NCBI GenBank assembly: GCA_028865345.1
Contig: JAGWKL010000003.1
Span: 184-64,183 of the forward strand
Length of the DNA stretch: 64,000 nt
Direction: 5' to 3'
DNA from: Candidatus Omnitrophota bacterium
Lineage (GTDB): Bacteria; Omnitrophota; Gorgyraeia; Zapsychrales; Fredricksoniimonadaceae
In this document: piece by piece, positions 59,790 to 64,000 of the stretch
Position numbering within the stretch: position 1 is the first letter of the stretch
Layout: the number at the start of each line of letters is the position of its first letter
Program-made: the position numbers and the translations under genes
Notes under the pieces: generated by a model
What the model was told of the DNA's origin: nothing
The model's database searches: none
The model's input: the letters and a program-made list of their open reading frames with translations, nothing else

Positions 59790-60517
59790 TATTCTATCCC
59801 CGTGATTTCCAGAAAAACGTCCTGCAGGGACTTGTCCTGCAAAATTTGTTTTTTATCGCCGATGCGCACGATGGTGCCATTATTGATGATGCCGATGGTT
59901 TTGCAAAGCTTTTCTGCTTCTTCCATATAATGGGTGGTCAAAAAGATGGTTTTGCCTTCTTTGTTGAGCTGCAGCAGATAGTCCCAGATCAGGAATTTCA
60001 GTTCCAGGTCGCAGCCGGAGGTCGGCTCGTCGAGGATAAGTATTTCCGGGTCATGGATCAGGGCGCGGCACAACAGCAGGCGTTTTTTCATCCCGCCGGA
60101 CAGGGCCCGGTGTTTGCAGTTGCGTTTCTCGGCAAGGCCGAAACGGTCAAGCAATTCATTGGCCCGGCGTTTGGCTTCCCAGGGGATGATGCCGAAATAT
60201 TCAGCCTGATAAACTAAAAGCTGATAGATGGTCAAAAAAGGATCAAAATTGGATTCCTGGGCGCAGAGGCCGATCAGGCGGCGGCTGTGGAGGTATTCCG
60301 AGGTGACATCGTATCCGAAGACTTTCACCTGGCCGTTTTGATAATTGGAAAGCCCGGTCAGGACATTGATGGTGGTGGTTTTGCCGGCGCCGTTGGGCCC
60401 TAAAAAGGCGAAGAAATCCCCGCGCTTGACCTCGAAAGAAATTTTGTTCAGGGCCTGGAAATTTTCATAAAATTTGGTCAGGGCTTTGATGGAGATGGCC
60501 AGTTCCGAATTACGCAT
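59789..60517 (-). CDS. ABC transporter ATP-binding protein (paralog of 11437..12342)
   Basis: Walker A GPNGAGKTT, signature LSGGMKKR, Walker B ILDEPT. The start was taken at MRNSELAIS (ATG 60515-60517), because the ORF-track extension overlaps the next gene. Confidence 0.85.
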   Translation of the reverse strand: MRNSELAISIKALTKFYENFQALNKISFEVKRGDFFAFLGPNGAGKTTTINVLTGLSNYQNGQVKVFGYDVTSEYLHSRRLIGLCAQESNFDPFLTIYQLLVYQAEYFGIIPWEAKRRANELLDRFGLAEKRNCKHRALSGGMKKRLLLCRALIHDPEILILDEPTSGCDLELKFLIWDYLLQLNKEGKTIFLTTHYMEEAEKLCKTIGIINNGTIVRIGDKKQILQDKSLQDVFLEITGIE

Positions 60518-61895
60518 TTTTTTTCTCCAAAGCGGCTTTTGCTTTTCGGGCGGCGTTGCGGACGATTTCCGGCAAGGCCGGATGGATATAAATGGTGCGC
60601 AGCATATCGTCAAGCGTTGCATTCATATTCATGTACGCGATGATCATGTGGACCATGTCTGAGGCCTCGGGCCCGATGATGTGCCCGCCTAATATCTTGC
60701 GGGTTTTGCGGTCGACCAGGATTTTACAAAAACCATGGTCAGCCAGCAGGGCCATGCCCATGGCCGAGCTTTTGTAAGGATTAAGCCCGACGGCGTAATC
60801 AATGCCTTGGGCCTTCAATTCTTCTTCCGTAGCTCCCACCGAGGCCACCTGTGGATGGGTGAATACCGCGTGAGGCATGGGAGGATAATGGATGGGAGTC
60901 TTCGGCGTACTGCCGAATAAATAGTCAAAAAGGTATTCGCCTTCGAAATTAACGCTGTGGCGGAAGAAATATCTTCCGATGCAGTCTCCAAGGGCGAAGA
61001 CCCCGGGCACGCTCGTTTCCAGGAATTCATTGACCTTGATAAAGTTGCCGGGCAGCAACTCAATGCCCGTATTGATGAGGTCAAGCGTGTCCGCGTTGGA
61101 CGTGATCCCGGACGCCATCAAGAGCGCCTGCGCGCTGACAGCAAGATTTTCCCCGTTTTGGGAATAGTGCACGGTGAAAATGTTGTTATGGTGTTCGACC
61201 TTTGTTACGGCCGCACCCAGGAGGACATCATGATAACGGCTAAAGACTTTCTGGAATTCCGCGGCAATCTCTGCATCTTCTTTGCGTAAAAGTTTCGAGC
61301 GTACCAGGAAGGTCGTCTTGGTGCCCAGGCTGCCGTAAGCGTGCCCTAATTCACAGGCGATGTACCCGCCGCCGATGATGATCATCGACGAAGGCAGGGC
61401 GGTATTGCGCAGCGCCTCGGTGGACGTCATAAAGGGTGTACCGGCCAGGCCCGGAATATGAGCAACGGCAGGGCGCGTGCCCACGGCGACAAAAATTTTG
61501 TCTGCCGTGATTTGTTCGCCGTTGATCTCGATGGTTTTATTGTCAAGGAAGCGGGCCGCGCCTCTGTAAAAACTGATGTTGGGATGCTTGGTATAATTGG
61601 CCTCGATTTTGTCCGAATCCGCGTCCACCGTTGAAGAGATCCGGCTTATAAGTTTGGCAAAATCAACCTGGAATTTCGGATCATTGTGAATATCGAAGCG
61701 GTGCGCTTCCTTGATCTCCGTGGCCACATCCGCGGGGTGGATGAGCATCTTGGAAGGGATGCAGCCGCGGTTGAGGCAGGTGCCGCCCAGGCGGTCCTTT
61801 TCGATGACCGCGACCTTAAGTCCCCTGGAAGCGGCAGGGGACGAGATTTTGGCCCCGCCGCCTGAGCCGATGGTGATAATATCAAACTTTTTCAT
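60510..61895 (-). CDS. FAD-dependent pyridine nucleotide-disulfide oxidoreductase (dihydrolipoyl dehydrogenase / glutathione reductase family)
   Basis: FAD-binding GSGGGA, redox-active disulfide GGTCLNRGCIPSK and the C-terminal HPALPE interface motif. Lpd-like rather than Gor-like by motif, with no E2 partner in the window. Confidence 0.7.
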   Translation of the reverse strand: MKKFDIITIGSGGGAKISSPAASRGLKVAVIEKDRLGGTCLNRGCIPSKMLIHPADVATEIKEAHRFDIHNDPKFQVDFAKLISRISSTVDADSDKIEANYTKHPNISFYRGAARFLDNKTIEINGEQITADKIFVAVGTRPAVAHIPGLAGTPFMTSTEALRNTALPSSMIIIGGGYIACELGHAYGSLGTKTTFLVRSKLLRKEDAEIAAEFQKVFSRYHDVLLGAAVTKVEHHNNIFTVHYSQNGENLAVSAQALLMASGITSNADTLDLINTGIELLPGNFIKVNEFLETSVPGVFALGDCIGRYFFRHSVNFEGEYLFDYLFGSTPKTPIHYPPMPHAVFTHPQVASVGATEEELKAQGIDYAVGLNPYKSSAMGMALLADHGFCKILVDRKTRKILGGHIIGPEASDMVHMIIAYMNMNATLDDMLRTIYIHPALPEIVRNAARKAKAALEKKNA

Positions 61896-61973
61896 AATTT
61901 TACCCGCGTCTCATCGGGGCCTGGTTCGTCGCGATGTTGACGTGCTTCTGATTGAAACGTGTAGCCAGAAGCC

Positions 61974-63005
61974 TTATAGGACGAGGTTTCCCTCATTCGC
62001 CCTTGCCTCACTTTCCGTCCGCTCGTTAACATCGCTCCCCACCACCCGGTGAGACGTTAGATATTTTTCCAAACAGTCGACCACTTGTCCTATCGTCGTG
62101 CATTGCATTAACGCGCTCCTGACGGACGAAATATTGGACAATCCTTTTAAATAGCCTACGTAATGCTTGCGGAAGGTCAAAACCCCGTATTTTTCTCCCT
62201 TATACCTTACATTTAATTTCAAATGCTCGATGCAGGTCCGGATTTTTTCTTCAATGGACGGCTCCGGCAGGTGTTCGCCCGTTTGCAGGTAATGCTTGGT
62301 TTGCTTGAAGATCCAGGGATTGGCAATGGCGCCGCGGCCGATCATGACCCCGTCGCAGCCGGTTTCCAGCATGGCTTGGGCGTCTTGGGGGCAGGTGATG
62401 TCCCCGTTTCCGATCACAGGAATACGCACCGCTTTCTTGATTTTTTCAAGCCATGTCCAGTCGGCAAAACCGCTGTGCGCCTGCGCGCGGGTGCGGCAGT
62501 GCAGGGTCAGGGCCCGGGCGCCGCTGTTTTCCACCATTTTGGCAACGTCCAGGATGACAATGCTTTCTTCGTCCCAGCCCAGCCGGGTCTTGACCGTCAC
62601 CGGCAATTGGGTGGCCCGGACCGTCGCACGCACGATTTTCTCAAACAAGGCGAGGTCGCGCAAAAGGCCGGCGCCTTCATTGCGGGCCACATGGTTTTTT
62701 ACCCAGCAGCCGCAGTTGATATCGATAAAATCGGGCTTTAATTTTTCAATGGACTGTGCCGCTTCCGCCATGCTCTCGGGGCGGCCGCCGAAAATTTGGA
62801 TGGCCACGGGGCGCTCTTCGTCATCGATCTGGATTTTTTCCATGATGCGCGGGATGTCGCGGATAATGCCTTCGGAAGATGTAAATTCGGTGTAGACGAT
62901 GTCCGCGCCCAGGCGCTTGCAGATAAGTCGGAAGGGAAGTTCCGTGACGTCCTCCATGGGTGCCAGGCACAGCGGTTTATTGATCTCAATGGGACCGATT
63001 TTCAT
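61974..63005 (-). CDS. dus: tRNA-dihydrouridine synthase
   Basis: LAPMEDVTELPFRL N-terminus and an FMN-binding TIM-barrel with catalytic Cys (DINCGCW). Confidence 0.85.
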   Translation of the reverse strand: MKIGPIEINKPLCLAPMEDVTELPFRLICKRLGADIVYTEFTSSEGIIRDIPRIMEKIQIDDEERPVAIQIFGGRPESMAEAAQSIEKLKPDFIDINCGCWVKNHVARNEGAGLLRDLALFEKIVRATVRATQLPVTVKTRLGWDEESIVILDVAKMVENSGARALTLHCRTRAQAHSGFADWTWLEKIKKAVRIPVIGNGDITCPQDAQAMLETGCDGVMIGRGAIANPWIFKQTKHYLQTGEHLPEPSIEEKIRTCIEHLKLNVRYKGEKYGVLTFRKHYVGYLKGLSNISSVRSALMQCTTIGQVVDCLEKYLTSHRVVGSDVNERTESEARANEGNLVL

Positions 63006-63133
63006 AAGGAGGGTTATTATAGCTGAATTCCCCGTGGATGCAAATATTGCATGCTCTTGCCTTTTGACGGCTTTCGCCTATAATTAAGCGTCCGTAGCAG
63101 CTCAACTTTACGACGTCGAAAGGACAGGAAATA

Positions 63134-64000
63134 TTGGCTATCGTGTTGGATCCAAGCGAACCCCCGATCAACCGCGGCATAAAGACCGTCGGCATCGGCA
63201 AAAAAGGGAGCAAAAGCCTCACCTTCCAGCTGGCCCTGGAAATAGCCGAGGACTTAAAGTCAGGTAAGGTCAGTGAGGCGGCCAAGGGCGCCTTTTTTGC
63301 CGGCTTATGCGCTAAAGGCATAGGGCCGGATGAAGAAGTTTTGGGCAGGGCTTTTCCCCCCGGCGTTCTGGACGATCCGGCCGAATTATTAAAAACAATC
63401 GCCGCTGACGCTCCGGAATTTGTGCTTTGGATCTGCAGGCAATTGTCGGAAGGTCATACGCTGGATAAGCAAACCGCTTATGATCTGGGAAAATTTTTGT
63501 TTTCCGAAGGGCCCGGCGATGCGGCCCGCGGATGGGTGGCCAGTTTCCTGCGGGTGCGTTACGAAACCGACGACGAATATGAGGGCCTGCTGCAGGCCAT
63601 GGAGGACACTCTCGGGCCCCCATTTAAGGCTCCGGCGCCGGAAGGTGAGCCGGTCATCCAGATTTCAGAACCTTTTGACGGGACGGACCATTCCTATATG
63701 ATCACCCCTTTGATCGGCCGGGCCTTGCAGGCCCAAGCCTATCGGGTGGTGCACCAGGTTGGCCGCAACAGCGGGCCCAAGGCAGAAATGAACTTGTGGG
63801 ACATTGCCCGGGCTTTGGGAACAAGGCCCGCGGCGAGCAATGCAGATTTATCCTCGGCTAAACCCGAATTCGGGTGGTTTTTCCATCAGTCCGTGATGTC
63901 ACAGGCCCTGGACCGCTGGGTGGACCTGCGCCGTCAGATCATCAAGCGGCCGTTTTTGGCCACCCTTGAAAGATTCATCGATCCGTTGAAGGCACAGATT
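63134..64000 (+). CDS. Anthranilate phosphoribosyltransferase-like protein (glycosyltransferase family 3; TrpD/TrpD2-like), 3'-truncated at the window edge
   Basis: Translated by hand, since the frame is open to the window end and so not in the ORF track. N-terminal helical domain (FQLALEIAEDLKSGKVSEAAKGAFFAGLCAKG), DGTDHSYMITPL and KRPFLATLERFIDPL resemble TrpD motifs. The start (TTG 63134 or GTG 63143) is uncertain. A partial copy of the 29-nt motif lies just upstream. Confidence 0.5.
   Translation, partial: MAIVLDPSEPPINRGIKTVGIGKKGSKSLTFQLALEIAEDLKSGKVSEAAKGAFFAGLCAKGIGPDEEVLGRAFPPGVLDDPAELLKTIAADAPEFVLWICRQLSEGHTLDKQTAYDLGKFLFSEGPGDAARGWVASFLRVRYETDDEYEGLLQAMEDTLGPPFKAPAPEGEPVIQISEPFDGTDHSYMITPLIGRALQAQAYRVVHQVGRNSGPKAEMNLWDIARALGTRPAASNADLSSAKPEFGWFFHQSVMSQALDRWVDLRRQIIKRPFLATLERFIDPLKAQI

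Noticed and set aside
1-64000. tRNA, rRNA, CRISPR arrays, transposase / integrase genes, toxin-antitoxin or restriction-modification genes
   Set aside because: I searched by eye for T-arm GGTTCGAATCC-like words, regularly spaced direct repeats and the relevant protein motifs. None was found. The only repeat families are the 29-nt motif, the palindromic element and the in-gene tandem repeats.

Overview
The window is a gene-dense, moderately GC-rich bacterial chromosomal segment (diderm-type: lgt/lspA, mreBCD, PBP2, AsmA-like). Genes run almost entirely on the + strand from 1 to about 53.15 kb, then on the − strand from about 53.17 to 63.0 kb.

Most genes are recognisable housekeeping genes:
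- proC (5'-truncated), mtnP, ileS, a DksA/TraR zinc-finger protein, lspA, lgt, rluD, aroA.
- mreB-mreC followed by an ABC-2 transporter pair and YceI.
- Two PilZ proteins flanking a small TRASH/YHS-like zinc-ribbon protein.
- RluA-family synthase, a MazG-like protein, uvrB, coaX.
- groES-groEL behind a sigmaA promoter with a CIRCE operator.
- guaB-like and guaA, dnaE, HU, hisS, aspS, a LysM lipoprotein.
- phoH, a 7TM-HD hydrolase and ybeY.
- mreD-mrdA at a separate locus from mreBC.
- A run of envelope proteins: a coiled-coil protein with TPR-like motifs, a DUF255 thioredoxin-domain protein, a coiled-coil membrane protein, an AsmA-like protein and a TMTC-like TPR membrane protein.
- On the − strand: ilvB-ilvH, a glutathione module (gshA-gshB-grx-bolA-grxD), a second ABC-2 pair, an Lpd-like flavoprotein and dus.
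- A trpD-like gene on the + strand running off the 3' edge.

No rRNA, tRNA or CRISPR array was seen, and no transposase gene was recognised.

The features I consider most worth follow-up:
1. A 1,898-aa signal-peptide protein (20322-26018). By motif reading it carries a phosphohexomutase-like core and a UDP-sugar-pyrophosphorylase-like region, flanked by unrecognisable sequence.
2. A conserved ~29-nt motif (AAAAGGCCCAATTGCTTCGACGTCGAAAA) with at least four full copies. Most sit immediately upstream of start codons.
3. A ~238-bp nested, imperfect palindrome with TTAA-flanked ends in the unusually long ybeY-mreD spacer, next to a second ~110-nt multi-stem element.
4. The PilZ-TRASH-PilZ trio.
5. 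A repeat-rich protein of ~935 aa sitting where rodA would normally follow mrdA. It has poly-Q, six TPR-like motifs and a 7 x 21-bp KPKPVAA tandem repeat.

All family assignments are from motif recognition by eye. No database search was possible.
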